Of a DNA stretch of 64,000 nt, positions 19,004 through 27,810 are shown piece after piece; within the stretch, counting starts at the first letter, position 1; each line of letters begins with the position of its first letter. The notes beneath the pieces are model-generated. The model was not told the origin of the DNA. It worked only from the letters and a program-made list of their open reading frames with translations, and searched no databases. The DNA comes from an uncultured Acidobacteriota bacterium (GTDB lineage Bacteria > Acidobacteriota > UBA6911), in contig CAZDMR010000006.1 of NCBI GenBank assembly GCA_964506795.1, positions 11,275 to 75,274 on the forward strand. Direction: 5' to 3'. The position numbers were made by a program, and so were the translations under genes.

Positions 19004-19547
19004 CTTATTGATGCAACATCTCATCAAATGGGATTTCCTGGTGTTGGTATCCCTCACAAGACGTCTTAGGAGAGGCGGAGTGATTCGCGCGATGCAAAGG
19101 ATATCCAGGAGCGCGGACGGTCAGGCATATCCCGCCTTGCTTTTGCCCGTCGGCTTGATCCAATCCGATCGATGGGAGATCCTGACTGCATGCTTATTCG
19201 CTTTTTCATTGGAGCTTGCCGCATATAAGTTAATCAAGCAATTCATAAAACGGCCCAGACCATTCGAGGCGGTTGCGGGATTAGTCCGTTTGGTCGCGCC
19301 TCCCGATGCCTTCAGTTTTCCTTCAGGTCATACGGCCGGAGCTTTTGTTGCTGCCGCCATTATAGACTTTTGTTACCCGGAGCTTGCCATCCCCGTCTAT
19401 GTTTGGGCTTTGCTTGTCGGATTCTCACGCATCTACCTGGGGGTGCATTATCCGACCGATGTCATTGCCGGCGCGTGTCTTGGAATTCTGAGCGCAAGCG
19501 CCGGATTTTTTTTCACCGATTGCATTATGCGCCTGCCGCTTTTCTAA
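18999..19547 (+). CDS. PAP2-family phosphatase (membrane)
   Basis: PAP2 motifs KRPRP, PSGHTAG and SRIYLGVHYPTDV are all present. Confidence 0.75.
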   Translation: MSLLMQHLIKWDFLVLVSLTRRLRRGGVIRAMQRISRSADGQAYPALLLPVGLIQSDRWEILTACLFAFSLELAAYKLIKQFIKRPRPFEAVAGLVRLVAPPDAFSFPSGHTAGAFVAAAIIDFCYPELAIPVYVWALLVGFSRIYLGVHYPTDVIAGACLGILSASAGFFFTDCIMRLPLF

Positions 19548-19567
19548 AAACCATTCGGCTGTCAGGA

Positions 19568-20593
19568 TTAAAGATACTTCTCGCTGCATTCTGCCGCAGC
19601 CTGCAGAACGGCGTCAATGTCCTCCGTCTCGATGCCGTAATGCGTGACGGCGCGAATTTGACCGGGATGATCGCCGACCGTAATGCCTTTGGCCGCCATA
19701 AACATGCTGAACTTGCCCAGCAGCGGCTCGGCCAGGCTGAAAAATACCATGTTTGTTTGCGCCGGATGGAGGTCCACGTCAAAACCCGTAATAGCAGCCA
19801 ACCCTTCCGCCAGTTTGCGCGCGTTCACATGATCTTCGGCCAGCCGTTCAACCATTTTTGTGAGCGCAATGATTCCGGCTGCGGCCAAAACCCCGGCCTG
19901 GCGCATGCCTCCGCCGAGCATTTTGCGCCAGCGCCTGGCCTGTTTGATATAATCCGCCGGCCCGCACAACACCGATCCCACCGGCGCGGCCAACCCTTTC
20001 GAGAGGCAAACCATAACTGAATCGAACGGCCGCGATATTTCACGCGCGTCCACCCCCAGCTTGACCGCGGCGTTGAATATCCGCGCGCCGTCGAGATGAG
20101 AGGCCAGGCGATGCCTGCGGGCGAACTCGCCCGCCTTGACCAGATAGTCCATCGGCAAAGCTTTTCCCGCTTGAGTGTTTTCCACGCACAACAGGCGGGT
20201 CTTGGCAAAATGGAAATCATCCGGCTTGATGGCTTGTTCGACCTTGGCCAGATCCAGCGTCCCGTCGCGCTCGAAGTCAAGCGGTTGCGGTTGAATGCTG
20301 CCAAGCACGGCGGCGCCGCCGGCTTCGTAATGGTAGGTATGGCCCATTTGGCCGACGATGTACTCATCGCCTCGCTGGCAGTGGCTCATCACGGCCACCA
20401 GGTTGCCCTGCGTGCCGCTCGTCACAAACAAGGCGGCCTCTTTGCCCAATTTTTCCGCCGCCAGGGCTTCCAGGCGGTTGACAGTGGGATCTTCGCCGTA
20501 AACATCGTCGCCAAGCTCCGCCTCGGCCATGGCGCGCCTCATGCTCAGGGTCGGCAGGGTGACGGTATCGCTGCGCAAATCGATGTTTTTCAC
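19568..20593 (-). CDS. ltaE: low-specificity L-threonine aldolase
   Basis: N-terminus IDLRSDTVT and the PLP-lysine region match threonine aldolases. GTG start at 20593 with GAGAGG upstream; the longer ORF extension is unlikely. Confidence 0.85.
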   Translation of the reverse strand: MKNIDLRSDTVTLPTLSMRRAMAEAELGDDVYGEDPTVNRLEALAAEKLGKEAALFVTSGTQGNLVAVMSHCQRGDEYIVGQMGHTYHYEAGGAAVLGSIQPQPLDFERDGTLDLAKVEQAIKPDDFHFAKTRLLCVENTQAGKALPMDYLVKAGEFARRHRLASHLDGARIFNAAVKLGVDAREISRPFDSVMVCLSKGLAAPVGSVLCGPADYIKQARRWRKMLGGGMRQAGVLAAAGIIALTKMVERLAEDHVNARKLAEGLAAITGFDVDLHPAQTNMVFFSLAEPLLGKFSMFMAAKGITVGDHPGQIRAVTHYGIETEDIDAVLQAAAECSEKYL

Positions 20594-20778
20594 TTTAAAA
20601 ACCCTCTCGCAAATAAAACAGCCGGCCGGCCGCTTGTGCGGCAACAAAGCAAAGGCCGGGATAACAATAGGAAATTCCTTAAACCGCGCTATTTACAACC
20701 CCTCTAATTCACCGGTCTGTCCAGGGATATCTGCGGCGCCGCGATGCAAGCACGCATAATCGTTCAGACTAACATCCA

Positions 20779-22818
20779 TCAGCCTATGAACTCTGCAACG
20801 GCCTTGGACCATCCTTCGGGACCGATCCCTTTTATGCGGTTAAGATTTTTTACAGGGACCCTGTCCCAATGATTAGCCGCATTTTGCACCAACACCGGGA
20901 GATTCACTTCTTTCAGCATCCCGGCGTCATTTGGACTGTCCCCAATTCCCAGCGTTAGAATATCGCCGTAATTCAGCTTAAATAATTCAATGAGAAGCTT
21001 GGTTGCCTTGCTTTTATCTCCGCCCTCATAGACTTCGTAGAATTTACCTCCATGCACGCACGTCAAGCCGGTCTCCTTGACGGCATTGATTATTTCCTCA
21101 ATCTCCTCCTTCCCGCCGTTGATGATCATCGTTTCGCTGTATTCTCTTATTTTGGCTTTGCCCGCCATTAAAAGGTTGATGCAGGTTACTTTTGCAACTT
21201 CCTCTATAGTCATGTCTCCGAACAGCCTGATGAAATCCTTGTATCGTCCGGCGACCGGTTTCAACTTGTCCCTCACGGCATCATAGGACGCGCCCAGTTC
21301 GATAATAAAATAATCATCGATGACCCTGCTGAAGGAAAAGGGCAATCGAAAATAATCCTTGGGTATTGCGATGGCGCATCCGTTCTCCATAATAAAGGGA
21401 TCCTGTATTTTCAGCTCGTTGCGAAGAATTTCCTGTTCGGCCATTGTTTTTGCCGAACAGAAAACGACCGGGATATTCCTCCTCTGCAAACAACGGACCG
21501 AATCGAGCGAAGCGGCATAGGAATAGCTCGCCGGATGTAGAAGCGTGCCGTCGAGATCCGTGAAGACGATCCTTTTAATTTCGGTTGCTTTCTGACCGGA
21601 AGACAAGGGTTTGATCAAAACCGGCGACCCCTTAGGCAGGGTGTAATCGCTGAAACACGGATCTATGCGAGCGGCCAGCCTCCCCATGTCAATAGTATTT
21701 AAAGGAGGCATTATCTTGGGTCGGCGAATTTCATCTTCAGTCTTAATGCATCCCATCTCAGTCAGCTGCTTCCTTATCGCTTTGCGGCTGTTTTCATTGC
21801 ACAATCTGCTGTGATAGATAACCGAGAGGCTGGGAAGGAGCATATCCTGAAACAAATGCTCATCGCCCCGTTCTTCGTGAATATGCGGATTAATCGTTTC
21901 GGTCTGTATAATATCAATCCCGTTCTCGGCGGCGGTTTTGTCCGTTATGGGGAGCAGGCCCGAGTACTGCTCAAAAACCGACATCAGCTCTTGAGTCTCG
22001 ACTCCGTAGCCGGAGGCAAAACTCAGCCGGGTGGCCAGCGGCAGGCTCATGGCGTGTTCGCCGGCGTTTGCGGTTTTGATAATATTGGTTTCAAATCTGC
22101 CTTTGGTCGAAAGGAATTGATTCAGATACTTATTCGTTATCTCGGATACTCTCCCCCATTTCCTGAAATAGAGTTCTCCTGAGATTTTGGGCTTGTATCT
22201 CCAGAGGATTCTCACCATGGAATAGGGAGAATCTGAAAGGCTTAAACCAGCGGCATAATGATGGGCATATTCAAGAACAGCTCCGGGAATGTAGTTATCC
22301 GTATCGATAAATCCCACGTACTCTTTGCTCTGCAGGAGCGCCATAATAATGCCAACGATCATTCCCTCACATTTGCCGTTTCCGACCAGGCCTTTATCGT
22401 CCAGGATCCGGTCATATCCGCAATCGGCAAGAGCGCCTGCGATATGGGGGTCCTTTTGGTGGACGATGAGGCTGTTTCTGTCAGTCAGCCGGCAAAATCG
22501 ATTCAGCGTCTGCTGCTCTTTTTTGAAATTATCGATCTCTCCCCGACGGCTGTTGGAAACCACTATTATCAGGCAGTCGTGGGGCACGCCGCTTAATACG
22601 CCCTCAAAAATTTTAGGTTCTTCGTTTTTTACAGGCAATACTATCGCCATTTTCTTCAAGGCCAGGTCAATCGTTTCCCGATCGATTTTTTGCGCTTCCG
22701 TACTCTCTTTAAGCGTGGCCCGGGTCCTGGTGCCTGAATCTAATTCCATCACACGCCGCACATCGTGTATCCTGACCGCGCCGAGATGTTCGATTTGTTC
22801 GCTGCTTTCCATTCGCAT
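20779..22818 (-). CDS. mgsD: bifunctional mannosyl-3-phosphoglycerate synthase (GT55) / mannosyl-3-phosphoglycerate phosphatase (HAD) - mannosylglycerate biosynthesis
   Basis: N-terminal MpgS signature (HLGAVRIHDVRRVMELDSG...AIVLPVKNEE...VVSNS). C-terminal HAD-IIB domain (IVFTDLDGTLL ... GDSPND). The two are fused in one 679-aa ORF. Confidence 0.85.
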   Translation of the reverse strand: MRMESSEQIEHLGAVRIHDVRRVMELDSGTRTRATLKESTEAQKIDRETIDLALKKMAIVLPVKNEEPKIFEGVLSGVPHDCLIIVVSNSRRGEIDNFKKEQQTLNRFCRLTDRNSLIVHQKDPHIAGALADCGYDRILDDKGLVGNGKCEGMIVGIIMALLQSKEYVGFIDTDNYIPGAVLEYAHHYAAGLSLSDSPYSMVRILWRYKPKISGELYFRKWGRVSEITNKYLNQFLSTKGRFETNIIKTANAGEHAMSLPLATRLSFASGYGVETQELMSVFEQYSGLLPITDKTAAENGIDIIQTETINPHIHEERGDEHLFQDMLLPSLSVIYHSRLCNENSRKAIRKQLTEMGCIKTEDEIRRPKIMPPLNTIDMGRLAARIDPCFSDYTLPKGSPVLIKPLSSGQKATEIKRIVFTDLDGTLLHPASYSYAASLDSVRCLQRRNIPVVFCSAKTMAEQEILRNELKIQDPFIMENGCAIAIPKDYFRLPFSFSRVIDDYFIIELGASYDAVRDKLKPVAGRYKDFIRLFGDMTIEEVAKVTCINLLMAGKAKIREYSETMIINGGKEEIEEIINAVKETGLTCVHGGKFYEVYEGGDKSKATKLLIELFKLNYGDILTLGIGDSPNDAGMLKEVNLPVLVQNAANHWDRVPVKNLNRIKGIGPEGWSKAVAEFIG

Positions 22819-23222
22819 GTCATTCCTCCGGCATCAACACCCTGAACTCTCTATGCTTTTATCATAAACCCGGGGTATCTCCGGACACAGAATAATGCAT
22901 TCGCAGCCGAGGAGCATGTTCTAGAGTTAGGATGCGCTGCGCCCGTGGAGCGTGCCGGGCGAGTTCGAGGCGCGAGTCGGAACGCGGCGGTTTGCGCCTC
23001 CACCAGGGGCTGCCCGCCTCCGCCGTGGAGGTTTCCGTTCCATGGATCTTTGCCCGAACAGCGGAAACTTTTATCCGGCTATGGAAGAAGCAGAGCGGAA
23101 AGAGCGAGGCCGTTTAATCCCTTTAAAAGGACACGTTTCCGTCCCCCGGTTTTTGAGTGGATGGCGCGCGGAGCTTACGCCGGCACGGCGGATAAAGGCT
23201 TTTCATTAAGGAATTGCGCGAT

Positions 23223-24224
23223 TTACTTCACGGGCTTTTGACTCTTACTGAATTTCCTCAGGTAAAATTTATGGGATCCATACTCTATTTCGGACAGCTG
23301 TCCGTCGCCGACCAGGCGGCGCACAATCGTCCAGTCGACGCCGGTTCGCTTCAAGAGCTCATCGACCGCATCCTCCCGCATCGGATGCACCGCCGTGATA
23401 CTCAGAATGTCCTCTTCGACGTTGCCTGTATAAGCGAAAGCATTGCCCTCATAGCCCGTTAGGTATTCCACATGTTCCAATCTCTCGCTGAATATTTGAT
23501 AGGCCCTGTTAACGACCTCCTCGCCGGGCGCCTGGGCCCATGCTTGAGCCGGCGGGCGCGTGGGGATGCCAAGATAAGCGACTTCCGGACGCACCTGAGC
23601 AAGGAAATCCGCCATTTGGCCGAACTGCCCGTCGCTGTAATTGATGTCTGCCAGAAGCATCGTTTCAGTGATTAAGCTTCCTTGATAAGAGGCGGCAAAC
23701 TGCCTTATACCGTCAAGAATGGAATCCAGCCTAAGCGTTTTATGAGCGCGATCTATCTTGCGCCAAAGCGCCTCTTCGACCGCGTCCAACTTTACCGAGA
23801 CCAGATCCGCCTTCATCAAAGCCGTTCTTACGTCATGCTGCCAGATGAGAGAGCTATTGGTGATGACGGCGATGGGAATCGCCAGCGCTTTAAGCAGATC
23901 AATCTCCAGGCCGAGGTTAACATCCAGCGTGGGCTCGCCGTCGGGAACAAAGGTGAGGTAATCTATCCTTTCTCCGGTTTGCCTCAATTCTTTTACCTTG
24001 CGCCCGACAGCATCAACGACCTCTTCCGGAGGGTAAAACAAGCGGCGCTCCACCTCCATTTTTATTGTCCGCCCTATTTGACAATAAGCGCACGCATAGG
24101 TGCAGATTTTGGGAGGGATGTTGTTGATTCCCAAACTCTGCCCTAATCTTCGAGACGGGACCGGTCCAAAAATGATCCGGCTAGTTGCTTCGGCTTGCTT
24201 GATATCAATGTTGTCCGCTTGCAT
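23223..24224 (-). CDS. radical SAM protein (COG0731-like, archaeal-type Fe-S oxidoreductase family)
   Basis: Early CxxxCxxC motif (KICTYACAYCQIG) is preceded by GPVPSRRLGQSLGIN. Confidence 0.75.
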   Translation of the reverse strand: MQADNIDIKQAEATSRIIFGPVPSRRLGQSLGINNIPPKICTYACAYCQIGRTIKMEVERRLFYPPEEVVDAVGRKVKELRQTGERIDYLTFVPDGEPTLDVNLGLEIDLLKALAIPIAVITNSSLIWQHDVRTALMKADLVSVKLDAVEEALWRKIDRAHKTLRLDSILDGIRQFAASYQGSLITETMLLADINYSDGQFGQMADFLAQVRPEVAYLGIPTRPPAQAWAQAPGEEVVNRAYQIFSERLEHVEYLTGYEGNAFAYTGNVEEDILSITAVHPMREDAVDELLKRTGVDWTIVRRLVGDGQLSEIEYGSHKFYLRKFSKSQKPVK

Positions 24225-24237
24225 AACAAATTATCCC

Positions 24238-24335
24238 TTTAACCCGGATTATTCACGAGCGTTCGCGGCGAGGCGGCTTCGAAAGCTGTCGAGCAACAGT
24301 AGGCGCCCCGCGGCATAAGCATTATGAACAGCCCA
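24238..24335. repeat. MITE/REP-like dispersed repeat, degenerate copy (R1)
   Basis: TTTAACCCGGATTATTCACGAGCGTTCGCGGCGAGGCGGC matches the left end of the full element at 53088..53270 (core plus the GCGAGGCGGC block). Confidence 0.5.
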
Positions 24336-24387
24336 AGTCAAGAAAAAGGCCGGAGGGGACACGCGAAGCGGTGGATTCCGTCCTCTG

Positions 24388-25140
24388 TCATATATTCCTT
24401 ATCTCCGGTATCATTTTTGTACGGGTTTTTTCCGCTATTGCCTTAATCTTGTCAAGGATCTCGTTGGATATCGGGACCTCGATTTCTTCGCCTAAGAACG
24501 GGACATCTTTCATCCTCGATACTTGAAAAAACAATCGGATCGGTTTTTCCATCCGCGTGTACATCAAATTATCCGCCACCTCTTCCCATAGTCTAATGTC
24601 CTCCGCCAGCGCGCTGGTGCTTACAGAGAACAAATATGTTTTACTTCTATCATGCTGCAGGACCTCCGTTAGGTTTTTGATGACCCCGTTATGGTAGGTC
24701 GGCGAAAATAGAAGTAAATTTAGGGCAGATCCGAAAACCAGGGTCCCTAAAGCCGTCTGTTCGACCATTTCCCCGGCCTTCCGGACAACCTCATTCCATA
24801 CGGCCGGCTTTAAGAGATTCGCCTTTATAGTGTCGGTTTCCGTCTGCTCATAGTCCTCCATAGAGGGAACGAACTGAATATAGGCGGTTTTCCCGGCATA
24901 ATCCTCTAGATTCAACCGATAGAGTTCCTTCATGGCGGTTCTGAGAAGTTCGGCCGTCGGATATTGCAGCGGTATGCCTATGACCGATCCACCCGCCCTC
25001 AGCCAAGAAGTGACAAATGCAAATTCGACCAACGGCTTCCCCGTCCCGCCGGGCCCGCTAATAAGGGTTGACGAGGGATAAGGAAAGCCTTCCGGGAGTA
25101 ATTTCCGAAGCCAATCCTGATCCAGAGCTAGAGTGTCCAT
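24388..25140 (-). CDS. single-domain KaiC/RecA-superfamily (COG0467-like) protein with degenerate Walker A - probable pseudo-ATPase
   Basis: The KaiC/Rad55-like fold pattern is present (STLISGPGGTGKPLVEFAF), but the P-loop reads GPGGTGKP with Pro in place of the Ser/Thr after Lys. Confidence 0.6.
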   Translation of the reverse strand: MDTLALDQDWLRKLLPEGFPYPSSTLISGPGGTGKPLVEFAFVTSWLRAGGSVIGIPLQYPTAELLRTAMKELYRLNLEDYAGKTAYIQFVPSMEDYEQTETDTIKANLLKPAVWNEVVRKAGEMVEQTALGTLVFGSALNLLLFSPTYHNGVIKNLTEVLQHDRSKTYLFSVSTSALAEDIRLWEEVADNLMYTRMEKPIRLFFQVSRMKDVPFLGEEIEVPISNEILDKIKAIAEKTRTKMIPEIRNI

Positions 25141-26237
25141 TTTTTCATCCCCAGGGTTTGATCAAACAATGATAGCACACCCTTCGCCGCCGTTCGCGCG
25201 CCCTGTAATGCCCCCTGCCGGCCCGCGCTGTTTTTTGATCGGGCGGAAGCGGATTGCGGTTCAGGTCTGAGAAGCAAGGCTCCGTGTCCAGCCGTCTATC
25301 CCGCCCTTTTCCCATCTTCGATAGATAAGGTTTTGGATATCCCGCAGCCCGATTCCCACCTTTACGGGCTTTTAAGATTGTATTAAGAGATTGTGATGGC
25401 ATCTGTCTGGGAGGAAACAGCAGTGATCGAGATCCTATCGGCTTTCGGCAGCCTCGGCGCTCAATTCCTATCCGCCGTCGCTGATTGCAAGCTGTTGGGG
25501 CGGTTCTTCCGCTTAGTGAAACGGGGGTGGACAAAATTCCCGGAGCCGATACGGCAAACGACGTGATCCAGACGCTGATCCGGTCTGCTCTGCAGGCGCA
25601 ATCCTTTTTGCAGCCGGCGGCAACATCATCAGCCAGCTCAGCCCCGTGGCCGCGATGGTTCATGGACTGCTGGTTGCCGGGGGTGTATGCCGCCAAAGCC
25701 ACTGCCTGTCCTGCGATCACCGCCTCCACGGCCGGCGCGTGGCTCATCCCCTTGTCAGCATCGTCGAAGATATTGTTTCCGGAGTTGCACCCTTCATCTC
25801 CGTAATCCTTCCGATTCTATCGGCCCTATTACTCGCGGCGTTATTGGCGTCCTTTGTTTGGATGATTTCGCGCAGACACAGGCGCCGCGCCCAAGAGGCT
25901 TGAATCGCAGTCCCGCAGAAGATTTCCGACGGCCGAATAAAGCGCCGCTCAGCTTTCGGGAAAGCGCTTCCCATCTTTTATGGAGAGAATGCAAACATCT
26001 GCTGGGATCAAGAAAGTGCCGGCATGTCGGGCTGCCCGTAGTCTTGCCGGCATGTCTGAGCAGTTCCCGCCGAAAACCGGGGCGGGCCGGGCGCCGATCC
26101 CCGCATCGCCGCCCGAATTTGTCCGAGATAAACAGTCTTTCTCTTATAAGACTCTTTCGCTCCGGCGAGCGCCCGCCAGAAATCCTGTCAACGTAAGGAA
26201 ACGAGCGCTCTTCCTCTCTAATCCCCATTGAGGAAGC

Positions 26238-26498
26238 TTACGCCGAGGCCTTTTTCTTTTTAAACATACGGTAAATTGCAAGCAGGATCAGAGCGCCAAC
26301 AACAGCCGCAATGAAGCCTGCGGATTCACCCTCCTGATACCAGCCGATTGCTCGGCCCAGATAGGTCGCCAATAGGGCTCCGACGACGCCCAATACCGTT
26401 GTTACGATAAATCCTCCCGGATCTTTACCGGGCATGATGAATTTTGCTACCGCGCCGACGACAAAACCTATGATGATGGTCCAAAGCAGGCTTAGCAT
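26238..26498 (-). CDS. GlsB/YeaQ/YmgE-family small stress membrane protein
   Basis: 86-aa protein with two glycine-zipper TM helices typical of the family. Confidence 0.85.
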   Translation of the reverse strand: MLSLLWTIIIGFVVGAVAKFIMPGKDPGGFIVTTVLGVVGALLATYLGRAIGWYQEGESAGFIAAVVGALILLAIYRMFKKKKASA

Positions 26499-26571
26499 GA
26501 TTTCTCCGCGAGCATGGCTGATGTCGAATTATCCATGCGGAATAGCATTAAAAAACCAAGTCGTCGATCAA

Positions 26572-27168
26572 CTATTGCGCGGCCGCCTCAGGCACTTTCA
26601 TTCCTACGGCATTCATGATTTCGACGGCTTTTTCTTTAACATCATTTGCCTTGGCAACGGCATCCGTCAAATTGCCTCCCTGGTAGGCGTTGGTGGCGTC
26701 CGTCCAGGTTTGCGTAACCTCCGCCAGCGACGATTTCGCGGCCTCAAATTTGTCCTTGTCTATTCCGGAAGGAAGTCTTCTTGATTTAGAGAGGACATTG
26801 ATCCTGCTTTGTATGGCCTCCACCATTCCCGGCAGGCCGGCGCTCATGTCCTGCCATGATTTTGTCAATTCATCCTTCTTGGCGGCCACGGCTGCGGATA
26901 AATCCCCTGCTTTTGCCGGGAGATCCTGCGCTGTCGCAAGAGCCTCTTTATATTCGCTCTTCGCAAAGCTTTCCTTTGCGGCGGCCAGGGCCTCCTCGAT
27001 TTCATTGAGTTGATCGGGAACGTATTGCGATGCTTCTTCCCTGATTCCGGCGAGCGCACTTTCCGTTCCCTGGATGGCGGCTTCGGCTGGAGCCTTCGCG
27101 GTGGAGCAGGCTAATAAAGCGAAACCCAATGCCAGCGTGACAAAAGAAAAAATCAATCGTTTCGACAT
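26572..27168 (-). CDS. hypothetical lipoprotein, Ala/Glu/Lys-rich helical
   Basis: Signal peptide plus lipobox LLACS. AAAGGA upstream. Confidence 0.5.
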   Translation of the reverse strand: MSKRLIFSFVTLALGFALLACSTAKAPAEAAIQGTESALAGIREEASQYVPDQLNEIEEALAAAKESFAKSEYKEALATAQDLPAKAGDLSAAVAAKKDELTKSWQDMSAGLPGMVEAIQSRINVLSKSRRLPSGIDKDKFEAAKSSLAEVTQTWTDATNAYQGGNLTDAVAKANDVKEKAVEIMNAVGMKVPEAAAQ

Positions 27169-27374
27169 AGTTCATTCCTTTCTTGTAATCAGATTTGCAA
27201 TAAATCCTTCTGCGTTTTCGCCTTTGCGTCCAAGTCGTCGCAGAGCGTTAAACTATAAGCGCGCTTCCCTCGCAGAAAAGCACCTAACCTGGATTATTTC
27301 ATTGATCTCTTACCACCGCCGTTGATGGGGGCATGGCCGCGGCGCCTTGTTATGAATCCTATGGAAAACCTGAG

Positions 27375-27584
27375 CTAAGGAATGCGCAGTTTCTGGCCTA
27401 TCATTATCTTATCGGGGTCGGTCAGGATGTCCTTGTTGGCTTCAAATATCTGGGGATAGAGGCTTGCGTCGCCGTAATACTTCAGGGCGATCTTGGAAAG
27501 CGTATCTCCCTTAACGACCTCATGCCATTGGGTTGCATCCCAAGATTTGGATGCCGGAATATTCTGTTCCCTGTCTTCAGGCAT
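27375..27584 (-). CDS. LysM domain protein (small)
   Basis: LysM consensus (VVKGDTLSKIALKYYGD...YPQIFEANKD). AAAGGA lies 9 nt upstream. Confidence 0.7.
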   Translation of the reverse strand: MPEDREQNIPASKSWDATQWHEVVKGDTLSKIALKYYGDASLYPQIFEANKDILTDPDKIMIGQKLRIP

Positions 27585-27810
27585 TTTAGAATTCCTTTCT
27601 CGTCGGCATTACAATTATTTTAATCATACTCCTATTTGGGCGCGCGAGGGACAATTTCTAAATCCACGGCAAAAAGCAAATGAGCTGTTTGGCAATCGAT
27701 TCAGCTCGGACACGCGCGATCCATAGGGCAAAAAGCAGAAAGAGGCACTCAAAACCACCCGCGACGCCGAAGCGGAAGATTCGTGAATATCCCGGGCAAA
27801 CGGCTGCCTC

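Noticed and set aside
22819-23222. Possible structured leader or small ORFs in the 400-nt gap upstream of mgsD
   Set aside because: A few short inverted repeats exist, but nothing matches a known riboswitch and the ORFs are Arg-rich. Not reportable without transcript data.
23223-24224. Prokaryotic viperin-like antiviral radical SAM
   Set aside because: The cluster motif is CTYACAYC with a GPVPSRRLG N-terminus, not the viperin CNYKCGFC context.
25145-25747. 200-aa minus-strand ORF ending 4 nt before the KaiC-like start
   Set aside because: Arg-rich, low-complexity translation typical of spurious ORFs in GC-rich non-coding DNA. It is discussed under the 1.1-kb gap.
25646-25903. Possible PEP-CTERM-like protein (hydrophobic helix plus RRHRRR tail)
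   Set aside because: It has no N-terminal signal peptide, no clear PEP motif and no SD. It is kept only as a note within the gap finding.
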